64,000 nucleotides of DNA from a virus (IMGVR_UViG_3300032330_002177:38424-102423), one strand, 5' to 3'. Counted from the stretch's first letter, positions 37,027 through 48,616 are shown. The notes: generated by a model from the sequence alone, not told the origin. Made by a program: numbers and translations.

Positions 37027-40000
37027 ATGGCTACTAATGTAACAGCATTAAATAATGTAACAAACATATTACCTGGTTCAGTATCATCTCTAGTTTTGAC
37101 TAATAATCAAACTAGAAAGTATGGTGTGGCTGGTGACTATGTTGAAATGAATGTATATGATCTAAATAATACTTTTATATTTCAAATTGTTCCTTTTTTA
37201 AATTTTAAAATTCCAGGAAATTATCCAGCTGAAACAGAAACATATACTCAAGAATTAGATTTCTCTCCAGAGGATGACGCTCAACAAAATAGTTTAGGAT
37301 TTGGTAGTTATATATTTGAATATAATATTTTACGACCTAAGGTTATAAATGATGTTAATAAGATTTTCTTCATCAAAGAAATATCAGCTAATAGAACTGA
37401 ACTTAGATTAGGTACTAACTCCTCAGCAACAACATTAACTAATGGTGCTTTATCATTTATAAATGAATTTCAATCTTTAGGATATTTTAAAGAATTTTAT
37501 ATAAATTTAGGTAATGGTATTTTATTACCATGTATTAATATAGCGTTAGATGAGAATACAGATCCACCAACTTTATTAATTAAACTTTTAAATCCATTAC
37601 CTGGTAATTTTAATACTTTAGCAACTCTTAATATAGTTGATAAAATATCAGATAGTAAAGCATTCCAAGTAGGTATAACTCCTGATGTTATAAAACCAAC
37701 ATATGCTTCATTACGTAGCGCTAATTTTGATATAGAATTAGATAATGTTAGAGCTAATCCAACTCAATATTTTAGTTTTAATCAAATTATAGATTCAAAA
37801 TCAAGTGTTAATTCACAACTACAATCTTTATTAGGATTAGTTAGTTCATCTCAATTTAGTATAAATATTGATTATACTGATTTATCTAATTTTATTCATT
37901 ATTCATCAGCTGTTAATAGATTAGATGGATTTAAATATAAACTTAATTTAATTGAGACTTATACAGCGGCTAGTTCTTCAGCAGCTTCTTTCTCAACAAT
38001 AGCTGCTCAACAAGATGCTCAAAATTATAAAAACCAATTAAATAATGTTATTCAAAGTTTTGATGGATATGAGAAATTTCTTTATTATGAATCATCTTCT
38101 TTTACTTGGCCTAAACAAAACTCAGTAAAACCATATATAAATTACGCTTCAACTTCTTCACAAGGGTTATTATGGTATAGCAGCAGTTATGACTCAGCTT
38201 CTTTATATGATATAAATAATCAAAATTATTTAATATACGCTTTACCAACATATATAAATGAAAATTCATCTAATAATAACTTATTTAAGTATATTTCTTC
38301 TATGGGTTTAATGTTTGATGAGATTTGGTTATATACTAAAGCTATAACTGATTTATATCAATCAAAAAATAATTTAACTAAAGGTATATCTAAAGATTTA
38401 GTATATTTTGCTCTTCAATCAATGGGAGTAAATGTATATCCTGATCAAGATGGAGAAAATGTATTTCAATATTTATATGGAGTTACTCCTGATGGAAAAT
38501 ATCTTCCTAATACAGGATCATATGAGACTTTAGTAACAGCTTCTCAATACTCTATGCCTGGTCAAGATCAGGAAAAAGGTATTTATAAACGTTTATATCA
38601 TAATTTACCTTTATTACTTAAATCTAAAGGTACTAATAGATTTATTCAATATTTAAATACTATATTTGGTATTCCAACAACAATAATGGGATATACTGAA
38701 TATGGTGGTGTAGATAAATCTACAGCTACTACAGAATATGAATTTGATAGATTCACTTATGGTTTAAATACTATTAGCAATAATACAATAACTATACCTT
38801 GGAATTACACATCACAAAGTTTTAATAGGACTGGATATAATGATATAGTTCCTAATGGTATTGAACTTAGATTTAAAGCATTCACTACATCCTCAAATAT
38901 TTTATCATCAACATACGCTACTCAATCTTTATTTTATAATGGATCTAACTATTCATTAAATTTATTATACACAAATACAGGATCAAATAATTCTATTTAC
39001 TCAGGTAGTGTTGGTGATTTTGGATACTTACAATTTAAATTAGGAACTAGTACTATTATTACTCCAACAATTCCTATTTTCACAACTGGATCAGATGGAG
39101 AAACATCTTGGTATAGTATTTTAGTGCAAAGAAGTAATCCTAATTTAAGAATAGGAGATGTTAGTACTTCTCAAACATATACTGTTTATGTTAAAAATAA
39201 TATTTGGGGAAAAGTAGGACATGTCGCTAGCGCTAGTTTAACAACTACTACAGAAAATACTTCCTGGTACACTCAAGGAACAACACTATCTATTGGTGGA
39301 GGTACATATCCATTTTCTGGATCAGTGCAAGAATTAAGATTATGGTCTAATTTTATATCAGAATCTAAATTTAATATTCATGTCTTAAATCCTGAATCAA
39401 TTGAAGGAAATATAACAGGATCTTCATTTAATGATTTAGCAACTAGGTTTACATTAGGAAATAATTTATACACATATAACCATAGTATAACTACAAAATT
39501 ATATTCAACACATCCAGACCAAAATACTCAAATACTAACCGCTTCATTTTCAAATTTTTTAAATCAAAATAATTACTCATCATTTACTGAGACATATTAT
39601 ACTAATGTAGCCAACTCGGGATACGCAAATCCAGTAACAGATAAGGTGAGAATAATGAGTGGAAGTACATATGGTACTCAATTATTACCTAATAAGAGTA
39701 TTGAAGTACAATCTTTATTACCAACAACAAAAGATATACACTTACTTGACGCTAGTCTATCTCCACAAGATGAAATTGATAGAGATATTATAGCTAGTTT
39801 AGGTGCCACTTACACTATAGATGATTATATTGGTGATCCATCAGGTAATAGTTTAATTAATTTAAATAAATTAAGATTTGATCATTTTAAAAAATATAAA
39901 AAACCATTCAACTATAAGGATTATATCCGATTAATTGAATTTTTCCACACATCATTATTTAGAACACTTAAAGATTTTATACCTGCTAGAACTAATGCCG

Positions 40001-42663
40001 CTACAGGTATGGTTATAAAACCAAATATACTTGAAAGATCAACTCAAAAAATAAATGATCCTGGGGTAAATAAGCATAATAATATAACATCTTCTATTAA
40101 TGTTTTATTTATTACTTCAAGTAATGGTGGAGGATATACACAACCTACTTATAGTTATACTATTAATTCTAATTTAGGTCCTGTTTCTCAAATTTCTGAT
40201 GGTAGGGATTTCTTTACAGGTGAATTACCAAGTTCATCAATATTCATTCATGATGATTTTGATATAGCTAATTATAATCCATTTGCTATTAATTTCAAAT
40301 CAGATAATACAGGATCCTATTCTCAATCATTATGGAATGTTGAATTTAATCCATTATTAAATAATGTTGAAAAAAATCAAACATCAAATCTTATAAAAAA
40401 ATTAACACTTATAGGAGGTAATTTTGGATTTGTTTTTGGAAGTACTTATGTTACTGAAAGTTTTGATTTACAAGATTTTACTTACTCATATAAACGTCAT
40501 ATTAACCCACGTTACATAGGAACTAAAGTATCTAGTTTAAAATATAACACATATACTTCAACTTCATATACTGGATCTAATTTTAGTGTCGTTACTGGAG
40601 ATAATTCATATGGTAAAACAGCTGTTATAGATCGTAATTCATATAAACTAGGATGGGTTAAGAGTATTCCATCTCAAAGTTTTAATTTTTATGATAAAAC
40701 TATAATAAATTTAAAATATTTAATAGACTCAGATTCTAATATCACTGAATTATCATCTAATAATAATAATTTATTTGAAGTACAAAATACTTTTAGATCA
40801 GGAGATCCTGTTAAAGTATCTATAACTGATATCCAAAATCCATCAAATCAAGTAACATTAGATGGTGTTAAAAATATTTTTAAAGGAGGATATAGATATG
40901 ATCCTATAATCTATAGAGAAGGAAATGAGTCTTTAAATTTTACTTTTACTTCTCCTATTAGTTCAATATTAAAGTATATTGGTGTGAATGCTAGAAGTGA
41001 TAATTACTATCAATTTTCAGCTATAAATGTTAATGATATTCATCCTGCTCAAACTAATGATAATTATACTTTAACTTCTAATGATTCCTCAGCTACTCAA
41101 CCTATGTCTTATGCTTTTTTTACAGAGACACAATGGAATTCTTATTTAGGTGGAGTTTATGGAGCTAATTCTAAAACAAATTTCACATATAATTTAGTAT
41201 ATAATTTTACAAATTCTCCTTATCCTTCAAGATATGGTAAATATGTTTGGGGATTTAAATTAACAAAATTTAATAATATTCTTAGTAATAGTGAAAGTGA
41301 TTCAACAACATTTAACTCAACTTCAGCTGACTATTTCTATAAAGTACCTAGAACAAGTACTAAGTATTCTATAAGTGGACAAATACCTTTTTATTTTTAT
41401 GGAGATGACCGAGTAGAAGTTCTTGCTACAGGAAATCGACCAGGTCCTGCTGGGTTTAAAATTTTCGCCGCTATTGAATCAACATCAGATATAAATAACT
41501 CAAACTGGAGACCTATAGTTATATCAGATATACAACAGATCTATTATCAAGGAAACCCAACAAATAATCCTCAAGGATATGATAATCAAATTATATTTGA
41601 TAATATAGCTGAGGGTTTATTTCTTTGTAGATTTTCACAGGAAAATATAACTTTATCAGCTGGAGATTATCTAAGAATAAGATTTTATTTATTATCAGTA
41701 ACTGATATTTTTGGAGTTAATGCCAACAGTAACTACCCAGGACTAAATAAATTTACTTTTGTTATAGGAGGGGATGATATTTTAAACGGTATAGATTATA
41801 ATTCAACTGAAAATGGTACTGGTATATTTACAACCCCAACAAGTAGAAAAACTTTTATTGATATAAAGGATAAAAATACCGCGTATAATGAAGATATATA
41901 TGATAGTATATTACCTCCTATTTCTCCTTTATTTACTACTAGTTCAGCTTCTTCATCATCTATTGAGGTAGATACTGTTTTAAGTACTTATTATTATTCA
42001 TCTTCCTTTACTCCATCATCAATTACAAGTAGAAATTATACACAAGTAGTTGATACTTTTAGTATACAACCTAATGATTTATTTAGATTTGGAAATTTTA
42101 ACTCATCAAATCCTCAATATTATACTGTTATTTCTACCTCAAATACTGTATCAGGTGTAACACCAGTAAGTATTGTAGCTAATTTTAATGGTCCTTTTGT
42201 ATATAATGGAACCTCTTATAATAATAATTCTATATTTTATGATTTAAATACATATGGAAATCCATTTAAAATTGGTGATTACATTACTGTTAGTGGTACC
42301 TCTAATAATAATTTATCGGATATTGTTATAAAAGGTATATATATAAATTATGGTTTAGTGTCATTAGATTTTGGAACATTAACTACTCCTTTTAATACAA
42401 CTGGTGTAGCTGTTTCTGCTACATTAACACGTTATAGACCTAGTTTTAAAGTAAATTTTGATAAAAATATAAATGATAGTATATTATCATCAACAAATTT
42501 TGCTATTTTAAGACCTAAACCAGATGAAACAACAATTATTATAGACCAAAAGAAAAAACCAGGAGATGTTTCCCAAACTATATTATTACCATATGACGCT
42601 AATCAAAAATTACTTGATAATGTTGGTAAAATATATAAAGATTTCAACACTGATTTAACTTAA
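37027..42663 (+). CDS. large baseplate/tail protein with LamG-like segment
   Basis: 1878 aa; LLKSKGT wedge-type motif; FSGSVQELRLW. Confidence 0.75.
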   Translation: MATNVTALNNVTNILPGSVSSLVLTNNQTRKYGVAGDYVEMNVYDLNNTFIFQIVPFLNFKIPGNYPAETETYTQELDFSPEDDAQQNSLGFGSYIFEYNILRPKVINDVNKIFFIKEISANRTELRLGTNSSATTLTNGALSFINEFQSLGYFKEFYINLGNGILLPCINIALDENTDPPTLLIKLLNPLPGNFNTLATLNIVDKISDSKAFQVGITPDVIKPTYASLRSANFDIELDNVRANPTQYFSFNQIIDSKSSVNSQLQSLLGLVSSSQFSINIDYTDLSNFIHYSSAVNRLDGFKYKLNLIETYTAASSSAASFSTIAAQQDAQNYKNQLNNVIQSFDGYEKFLYYESSSFTWPKQNSVKPYINYASTSSQGLLWYSSSYDSASLYDINNQNYLIYALPTYINENSSNNNLFKYISSMGLMFDEIWLYTKAITDLYQSKNNLTKGISKDLVYFALQSMGVNVYPDQDGENVFQYLYGVTPDGKYLPNTGSYETLVTASQYSMPGQDQEKGIYKRLYHNLPLLLKSKGTNRFIQYLNTIFGIPTTIMGYTEYGGVDKSTATTEYEFDRFTYGLNTISNNTITIPWNYTSQSFNRTGYNDIVPNGIELRFKAFTTSSNILSSTYATQSLFYNGSNYSLNLLYTNTGSNNSIYSGSVGDFGYLQFKLGTSTIITPTIPIFTTGSDGETSWYSILVQRSNPNLRIGDVSTSQTYTVYVKNNIWGKVGHVASASLTTTTENTSWYTQGTTLSIGGGTYPFSGSVQELRLWSNFISESKFNIHVLNPESIEGNITGSSFNDLATRFTLGNNLYTYNHSITTKLYSTHPDQNTQILTASFSNFLNQNNYSSFTETYYTNVANSGYANPVTDKVRIMSGSTYGTQLLPNKSIEVQSLLPTTKDIHLLDASLSPQDEIDRDIIASLGATYTIDDYIGDPSGNSLINLNKLRFDHFKKYKKPFNYKDYIRLIEFFHTSLFRTLKDFIPARTNAATGMVIKPNILERSTQKINDPGVNKHNNITSSINVLFITSSNGGGYTQPTYSYTINSNLGPVSQISDGRDFFTGELPSSSIFIHDDFDIANYNPFAINFKSDNTGSYSQSLWNVEFNPLLNNVEKNQTSNLIKKLTLIGGNFGFVFGSTYVTESFDLQDFTYSYKRHINPRYIGTKVSSLKYNTYTSTSYTGSNFSVVTGDNSYGKTAVIDRNSYKLGWVKSIPSQSFNFYDKTIINLKYLIDSDSNITELSSNNNNLFEVQNTFRSGDPVKVSITDIQNPSNQVTLDGVKNIFKGGYRYDPIIYREGNESLNFTFTSPISSILKYIGVNARSDNYYQFSAINVNDIHPAQTNDNYTLTSNDSSATQPMSYAFFTETQWNSYLGGVYGANSKTNFTYNLVYNFTNSPYPSRYGKYVWGFKLTKFNNILSNSESDSTTFNSTSADYFYKVPRTSTKYSISGQIPFYFYGDDRVEVLATGNRPGPAGFKIFAAIESTSDINNSNWRPIVISDIQQIYYQGNPTNNPQGYDNQIIFDNIAEGLFLCRFSQENITLSAGDYLRIRFYLLSVTDIFGVNANSNYPGLNKFTFVIGGDDILNGIDYNSTENGTGIFTTPTSRKTFIDIKDKNTAYNEDIYDSILPPISPLFTTSSASSSSIEVDTVLSTYYYSSSFTPSSITSRNYTQVVDTFSIQPNDLFRFGNFNSSNPQYYTVISTSNTVSGVTPVSIVANFNGPFVYNGTSYNNNSIFYDLNTYGNPFKIGDYITVSGTSNNNLSDIVIKGIYINYGLVSLDFGTLTTPFNTTGVAVSATLTRYRPSFKVNFDKNINDSILSSTNFAILRPKPDETTIIIDQKKKPGDVSQTILLPYDANQKLLDNVGKIYKDFNTDLT

Positions 42664-42673
42664 CTAAATATAA

Positions 42674-43351
42674 ATGACAAATATATATTATTTACAAGCT
42701 TCAGGGTCAACTCCATCTAGTGTAACTATTGTTCCTGGAGATACTTTTGTATTACCCTCTAGTATTTTTAATAGTACATCAAATACTTACTTAAAATTTC
42801 CTGGTGCTACTTTAGAAATAACAGCTAGTGCTTATTATACAACAGAATCATTTAGTTCAACAGTTGGTACTTTAAGAGTTTATGTTCGTAGTGGAAGCGC
42901 AACATATGCATCCTTTCCTCTAGAGGCTGTAAATATACTTTATAATACTGAATTTATTAACACAGGAGTTCCAACAACTCCAACAGAGAATAGTGTTTTA
43001 AATTTATATTTTAGTTTTAGTAATATGGATTTGAAAGGTCAAGAATCTACTGGTTATTTTATAACATCTAGTAATGTTTATTTTGGAGCCAGTGGGTCTA
43101 ATAATACAGGAAGTAGTTATTTAACTGTAGATTCAGGTAAATCTTATACAATAACTGTTACAGGAAGTTCCTATTATAATAATTATAGTGCTTCTTTGTA
43201 TATTTACAATACAACAAATAATTCTTCAAGAAATTTATCTTTAGGTACTTTAATAACTAGTGCAGTTGCTATAAACACAGGCGCATCAGCTTCTTTCTAT
43301 CCTACTTCTTCTAATTCGTATTATATAAGTATGGGTATTATTGGAGTATAA
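42674..43351 (+). CDS. Ser/Thr-rich structural protein
   Basis: composition and location. Confidence 0.6.
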   Translation: MTNIYYLQASGSTPSSVTIVPGDTFVLPSSIFNSTSNTYLKFPGATLEITASAYYTTESFSSTVGTLRVYVRSGSATYASFPLEAVNILYNTEFINTGVPTTPTENSVLNLYFSFSNMDLKGQESTGYFITSSNVYFGASGSNNTGSSYLTVDSGKSYTITVTGSSYYNNYSASLYIYNTTNNSSRNLSLGTLITSAVAINTGASASFYPTSSNSYYISMGIIGV

Positions 43352-43394
43352 TTTTTAAATTTTAATATATTTATAACTATAACAAATAAAAACT

Positions 43395-44063
43395 ATGTCA
43401 TTTTTAAACAATCAGTTAGTAACAATTGATGCTGTCCTAACAAAGAAAGGACGTGAATTAATGGCTCGTAATGATGGTTCATTTCAAATCACACAATTTG
43501 CTTTAGCGGATGATGAAATTGATTATACTTTGTATAATCCTTCACACCCATCTGGTTCAGCATTTTTTGGTGAGGCAATTGAAAAGATGCCTTTATTACA
43601 AGCGTTCACAGACGAAACACAAAATTTAAAATACAAATTAGTTACATTACCTCGTGGTACAAGTAAATTACCTGTATTAAATCTTGGTTTCTCAACTGTA
43701 TCTTTACGTCAAGCAGCTTCTTTAACTATTACTCCTCAAACATTAAATTATTTAGGAGCTACATCAACATTTGAACCATCAGGATATTTAATGACTGTGG
43801 GAGACTCAAGATTTCTTAGTACATTCACTGGAGCCGGAATTGACACAACAGCTTTAGCTACAGCAACCACTATACCAAATACTAGTGGAGCTAGTTTATC
43901 AGCTAGTCAAATTGGTACATCATTTAGTTTAATAGCTACAACTATTAATACTCTATTTGGAACAACAGCTTTACCTGGTGCTACTATTACAACAACAATA
44001 ACTTGTATTGGTAGAGATAGTGGAGCTAGAATTACAGTACCTTTAATAATCACAAAAACTTAA
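43395..44063 (+). CDS. baseplate/tail structural protein
   Basis: DAVLTKKGRELMA...ITQFALADDEIDY. Confidence 0.7.
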   Translation: MSFLNNQLVTIDAVLTKKGRELMARNDGSFQITQFALADDEIDYTLYNPSHPSGSAFFGEAIEKMPLLQAFTDETQNLKYKLVTLPRGTSKLPVLNLGFSTVSLRQAASLTITPQTLNYLGATSTFEPSGYLMTVGDSRFLSTFTGAGIDTTALATATTIPNTSGASLSASQIGTSFSLIATTINTLFGTTALPGATITTTITCIGRDSGARITVPLIITKT

Positions 44064-44075
44064 TTAACATAAGAT

Positions 44076-45098
44076 ATGTCATTTACACAATTCGCCTCTG
44101 ATGATTCAGTTATAAGCTCTGACGCCACTATATCTCCCATGTGGACTGGAGATATCGCAGCATTAACTACATTTTTTACTAGTTCAACTCAAGAATCTTC
44201 AGTTCCTGGAACTTTTTATCTTGATGTTTATCAAACAGGATCTAGTTTAAGTAATGCTGAAGTACAATTTTCTATAGCTTATGGCCATGTGAGTGGATCA
44301 GGATCTGGATATTTTAACCAGCAAATCCCAGAAAAAACACCAACAAGAGATATATATGGTCAATTTAGATCATTAATATATGGAGATGAGAATACATCAT
44401 TTACTTTTGGATCAGATGATATATCAAAAGATATTATTGTATTATCTATTAATAGAGCCCGCTTTAAAGAATCATTCAATCCAGGCTCTTTAACATTAAC
44501 TATCAACAGTGGTAGTAATACTATTAAATTAACTGATGATTCAACAGTAAATACAACAGCTACTTATATTGGAACATCTCGTGTGTATTATTTATTAAGT
44601 GGTTCTTATAATAGTGTAAAATCAACAACATATACTGATAGTGGAAGTTATGGTATGATGATTCCTGATGAAGGATTAATTATATTAAATCCAAGAGCTT
44701 TATCATTATCATCAGCGAATGGAGGTGTAGGAGCTATATTTAATGAACAAGCTTCATCAACATCTTTTTCTGCTAATCCTAATAATAGGATGGTATTTCA
44801 AATGTTATCTGCTTCATCAGCTGCAAATTTCCGTTTACAGAATTATGAAACAATATCTTCAAGATATTTCTTTGTAAGAATAAAGAATGGTGATTATAAT
44901 TATACTACAAATCCAACAGTAATTGATGCGAATGGTAATTTATTATATACATCTTTAATATATAATTCTCAAACATTTATTACATCTGTAGGATTATATA
45001 ATAACAGTGGTGATTTAGTAGCCGTAGCTAAACTAAATAAACCATTAGTTAAAGACTTTACTAAAGAATTATTATTAAGAGTTAAATTAGATTTCTAA
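44076..45098 (+). CDS. tail/baseplate protein with fibre-collar-like C-terminus
   Basis: ITSVGLYNNSGDLVAVAKLNKP. Confidence 0.7.
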   Translation: MSFTQFASDDSVISSDATISPMWTGDIAALTTFFTSSTQESSVPGTFYLDVYQTGSSLSNAEVQFSIAYGHVSGSGSGYFNQQIPEKTPTRDIYGQFRSLIYGDENTSFTFGSDDISKDIIVLSINRARFKESFNPGSLTLTINSGSNTIKLTDDSTVNTTATYIGTSRVYYLLSGSYNSVKSTTYTDSGSYGMMIPDEGLIILNPRALSLSSANGGVGAIFNEQASSTSFSANPNNRMVFQMLSASSAANFRLQNYETISSRYFFVRIKNGDYNYTTNPTVIDANGNLLYTSLIYNSQTFITSVGLYNNSGDLVAVAKLNKPLVKDFTKELLLRVKLDF

Positions 45099-45108
45099 TG
45101 TTTCACCT

Positions 45109-46119
45109 ATGTCAGCATTTAAAAGAATCAGTGTATCCGACTCATTTGTAGTACCATATACAGCTAATAAAAGCTGGAATATACCATCAGCTTCATTAGC
45201 TGATTATCAGATAACAATAAATAGAGGAGTTAAGAATACAAGTTCTTTTAATCCTAATGAAACAACATCTAGTAATCAGTATCCTAGTTTAGTTTATAAT
45301 ACTATCAATGTATCATACTACCCAAATTTTATACCAGGATATATAAATACATCTTCAATGTATGGTACCATCTTTAATGATGGTACCTTATCAACTTCAT
45401 CATATTATAATGGATTTGTTAATTTAGGTAATCTAAATACTATAAAATATTTCCCTACTAATCCTGATAATATTATATACACTGTTAATCTTCCTCGCCA
45501 GATAACTGGTGATAAAATTTTACCATCAACTTTCACATTAACATATACTAGTGCCTCAGTGGTTCATAAATTATATGATGATGGAAATTATAATTTATTA
45601 TATAGTGGAAGTAATGTAAGTTCTTCTATTGGAACTATATTATCACAAAGTTCATATGTTGGAAATATATTTTATGAGCAAAATATCGCTGTATTAACTG
45701 TTATACCTAGTCCTATTTCTCAATCCCTTTTTAGCAATATTGTTGATATTAGTTTTCAAAATAATCATATTGTTTATGAAAATTTTACTAAATGCACTAT
45801 AAAAGATTATGAATATAATGCATCATACAACCCAACATTATTATCAGGTAGTCAAGGTATTTTAACACCATATAGTAGTTCAAATGCTAGTGATAAAGTT
45901 TATATAACATCAATTCAAAATTATGGAATATTAAAAAATTTCACTACTGGTTCTATCTCAGGATCAGAATTTTCTCCATATGTTGCATCTATAGGTTTAT
46001 ATAATGACGCTCAAGATTTATTAGCTGTTGCTAAAATGTCAACACCTATTCCTATACCATCAAATACTGATATGACATTTTTAGTGAAATGGGATACTAA
46101 TTTTATAAGTAAATTTTAA
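45109..46119 (+). CDS. tail/baseplate protein, C-terminus paralogous to 44076
   Basis: VASIGLYNDAQDLLAVAKMSTP. Confidence 0.7.
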   Translation: MSAFKRISVSDSFVVPYTANKSWNIPSASLADYQITINRGVKNTSSFNPNETTSSNQYPSLVYNTINVSYYPNFIPGYINTSSMYGTIFNDGTLSTSSYYNGFVNLGNLNTIKYFPTNPDNIIYTVNLPRQITGDKILPSTFTLTYTSASVVHKLYDDGNYNLLYSGSNVSSSIGTILSQSSYVGNIFYEQNIAVLTVIPSPISQSLFSNIVDISFQNNHIVYENFTKCTIKDYEYNASYNPTLLSGSQGILTPYSSSNASDKVYITSIQNYGILKNFTTGSISGSEFSPYVASIGLYNDAQDLLAVAKMSTPIPIPSNTDMTFLVKWDTNFISKF

Positions 46120-46146
46120 TTATAATATTTATATTAAATAAACGTT

Positions 46147-46623
46147 ATGAATAATTGGTTATATCACACTGACGATGGATCTTTAAATTCATTAGCAGAT
46201 AATTTTCAAACAAACTGTTATGGTTTTGTTTATAATATTACTAATCTAGAAACAGGAAAATTTTATATTGGTAAAAAAGCATTTTTTCATAACAAGAAGA
46301 AAAAACTTACTAAAAAAGAACTTGCTGAACAAACAGGACCTGGTCGTAAAACCATTACTAAAGTAGAACAAGTTGATAGTGGTTGGAAAGATTATTATGG
46401 TTCATCTAAAGAACTACTTGCAGATCTTAAAACTTTAGGCAAAGACAAATTCGAAAGAGTCATATTACAGTTTTGCCCTACCAAAAAACAACTCACATAT
46501 TACGAAATACAATACCAGATAACTTATGGTGTTTTACACACTACTAATAGCTACAATGACAATGTGTTAGGAAAATTCTATAGAAAAGATTTTGCTACTC
46601 AAGAAATAGATGCTATATTATAA
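46147..46623 (+). CDS. GIY-YIG-family nuclease
   Basis: GFVYNITNLETGKFYIGKK...YYGSS. Confidence 0.8.
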   Translation: MNNWLYHTDDGSLNSLADNFQTNCYGFVYNITNLETGKFYIGKKAFFHNKKKKLTKKELAEQTGPGRKTITKVEQVDSGWKDYYGSSKELLADLKTLGKDKFERVILQFCPTKKQLTYYEIQYQITYGVLHTTNSYNDNVLGKFYRKDFATQEIDAIL

Positions 46624-46626
46624 GTT

Positions 46627-47562
46627 ATGATAAATAATGCCTTATTACATACTGTAAATAGCGTTCTAGGAAATGGAAAAAAGACTAGTAACAATAACTA
46701 CGCCTATAAATGTCCATTCTGTACACACCATAAGCAAAAATTAGAAATTAATTTACAACCTAATGTTAAAGGAGAAACACCTTGGCATTGCTGGGTGTGT
46801 AACGCCAAAGGTAAAACGTTATTAGGGCTATTTAAGAAACTAAAAGCATCATCTGACAAAATATCCGAACTAAAGTCAATGTTAGGATTCACGCCTAAAT
46901 TAACTGAAGAACAAATAATACAAAAAGTAACATTACCTAAAGAATACAAACCACTTATTAACCTATCACGTATAGATATTGTCGCTAAACACGCTTTAAT
47001 GTATTTAAAAAAACGAGGTATTACTAAGTCGGATATATTGAAGTATAATATAGGTTATTGTGAAGAAGGCAAGTATAGCGGCAGAATTATTATTCCATCA
47101 TATGATAAAGACGGTAATTTAAATTACTTTATTGCTAGAGCAATTGATCCTAACTCAACTAAAAAATATGATGCTCCAAAATGTAACAAAAATGAATTAA
47201 TAGGATTAGAATATTTCATTAATTGGAACGTACCTATCATATTATGTGAAGGTATTTTTGATGCTATAGCAATAAAACGTAATGCTATTCCATTATTAGG
47301 TAAAACAATACCTAAAGCGTTAATGATGAAATTAATTGAACCATCAGTAAAAACAGTATACGTGTCTTTAGATAGGGACGCTTTAAAAGATGCTCTAAAA
47401 TATGCAGAACAACTGCTAAACTTAGGTAAAGACGTTTACCTGATAGATTTACAAGACAAAGATCCATCTGAGATGGGTTTTGAAAACTTCACCAAATTAG
47501 TTCATGACGCTGAGCAATTAACGCTCGGAGAACTACTTTACAAAAAACTAGAATTAGCATGA
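46627..47562 (+). CDS. DNA primase (zinc finger plus TOPRIM)
   Basis: CPFC...HCWVC; RIIIP; EGIFDA; LDRDA; KDP. Confidence 0.9.
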   Translation: MINNALLHTVNSVLGNGKKTSNNNYAYKCPFCTHHKQKLEINLQPNVKGETPWHCWVCNAKGKTLLGLFKKLKASSDKISELKSMLGFTPKLTEEQIIQKVTLPKEYKPLINLSRIDIVAKHALMYLKKRGITKSDILKYNIGYCEEGKYSGRIIIPSYDKDGNLNYFIARAIDPNSTKKYDAPKCNKNELIGLEYFINWNVPIILCEGIFDAIAIKRNAIPLLGKTIPKALMMKLIEPSVKTVYVSLDRDALKDALKYAEQLLNLGKDVYLIDLQDKDPSEMGFENFTKLVHDAEQLTLGELLYKKLELA

Positions 47563-48335
47563 TAGACAAGCACTCAAATATTATCCACGACCCTAAGATT
47601 AAACGTATTGTAGAATACAGCGCTGATAACAAGCAAGTAAATGTATTAGACCAAAGATTTTATAGACGTGATGGAAAATATTATCCATCAATTACTTCAA
47701 TATTAAATTATTTTCCTAAAAATCAATTTTTCCATAACTGGCTTAAAGATGTAGGACATAACTCAGATATTATTGCTTCAAAAGCAGCGGCTGAAGGTAC
47801 TCAAGTACATAACGCCTCTGAGAAGCTTATGTTAGGTGAAGAAGTACATTGGATGGATGAAAATGGAAAAGTATTCTATTCACTCGATGTATGGAAAATG
47901 ATTCTAAAATTTGCTGATTTTTGGAAGCAAACAAACCCAGAACTAGTAGCAACTGAATATCATTTATTCTCAGATGAACATCAGTACGCAGGTACAACAG
48001 ATATCATTTGTCGCATAAATGAAAAATTATGGTTAATAGATATCAAAACATCAAACTCAATTCACACATCATATAACTTACAACTTGCCGCTTACGCTAA
48101 AGCTTGGAATGAAACACATAATGAACCTATTGAAGGTATAGGTGTTTTATGGTTAAAAGCAAGTACACGTGGTGAAAAAAAAGATAAAATACAAGGTAAA
48201 GGATGGGAACTAAAAGTTATTGACAACATTGAAGATAATTTTAGTATGTTCCTTAAAGTATATGATATATATCGTTTAGAAAATCCCGATGCTAAGCCTA
48301 GTACAGAAACTCTACCTATCTCCATAAAAATTTAA
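47559..48335 (+). CDS. PD-(D/E)XK exonuclease
   Basis: YPSITSIL, GTQVH, YAGTTD, IDIKTS, QLAAYA. Confidence 0.88.
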   Translation: MIDKHSNIIHDPKIKRIVEYSADNKQVNVLDQRFYRRDGKYYPSITSILNYFPKNQFFHNWLKDVGHNSDIIASKAAAEGTQVHNASEKLMLGEEVHWMDENGKVFYSLDVWKMILKFADFWKQTNPELVATEYHLFSDEHQYAGTTDIICRINEKLWLIDIKTSNSIHTSYNLQLAAYAKAWNETHNEPIEGIGVLWLKASTRGEKKDKIQGKGWELKVIDNIEDNFSMFLKVYDIYRLENPDAKPSTETLPISIKI

Positions 48336-48341
48336 TTAGAC

Positions 48342-48367
48342 TGACCGCGACTATCTTACTATCTTTA
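48342..48367 (+). promoter_or_regulatory. conserved early-type promoter
   Basis: TGACC-N13-TATCTTTA. Confidence 0.75.
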
Positions 48368-48390
48368 ATTATAATAAAAAAGCGAAAGAT

Positions 48391-48585
48391 ATGAACGCAC
48401 AAGAATTAATAAACACAAAAGAAATTTTAACTAATGAAGAACGTGAAATAGTATTAGCGTTTGACCCGGAATTAGATCGTAAATATTTAAATAAATTATA
48501 CGGTGATAGGGGTTGGTTGAATATTAATGTTTACTCTGAATATGAACATCATGAAAGAGTACACAGAATAGAATGTGGACTTTAA
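48391..48585 (+). CDS. hypothetical protein
   Basis: 64 aa ORF. Confidence 0.7.
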   Translation: MNAQELINTKEILTNEEREIVLAFDPELDRKYLNKLYGDRGWLNINVYSEYEHHERVHRIECGL

Positions 48586-48590
48586 TTGAT

Positions 48591-48616
48591 TGACCGCAAT
48601 TAATTTACTATCTTTA
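48591..48616 (+). promoter_or_regulatory. conserved early-type promoter
   Basis: TGACC-N13-TATCTTTA. Confidence 0.75.

Noticed and set aside
46147-46623. GIY-YIG as an intron-encoded homing endonuclease
   Set aside because: Free-standing, flanking genes are intact, and no intron structure is visible
47559-48335. Cas4 or CRISPR adaptation gene
   Set aside because: It lacks the Fe-S cysteines and its position beside the primase fits a phage exonuclease
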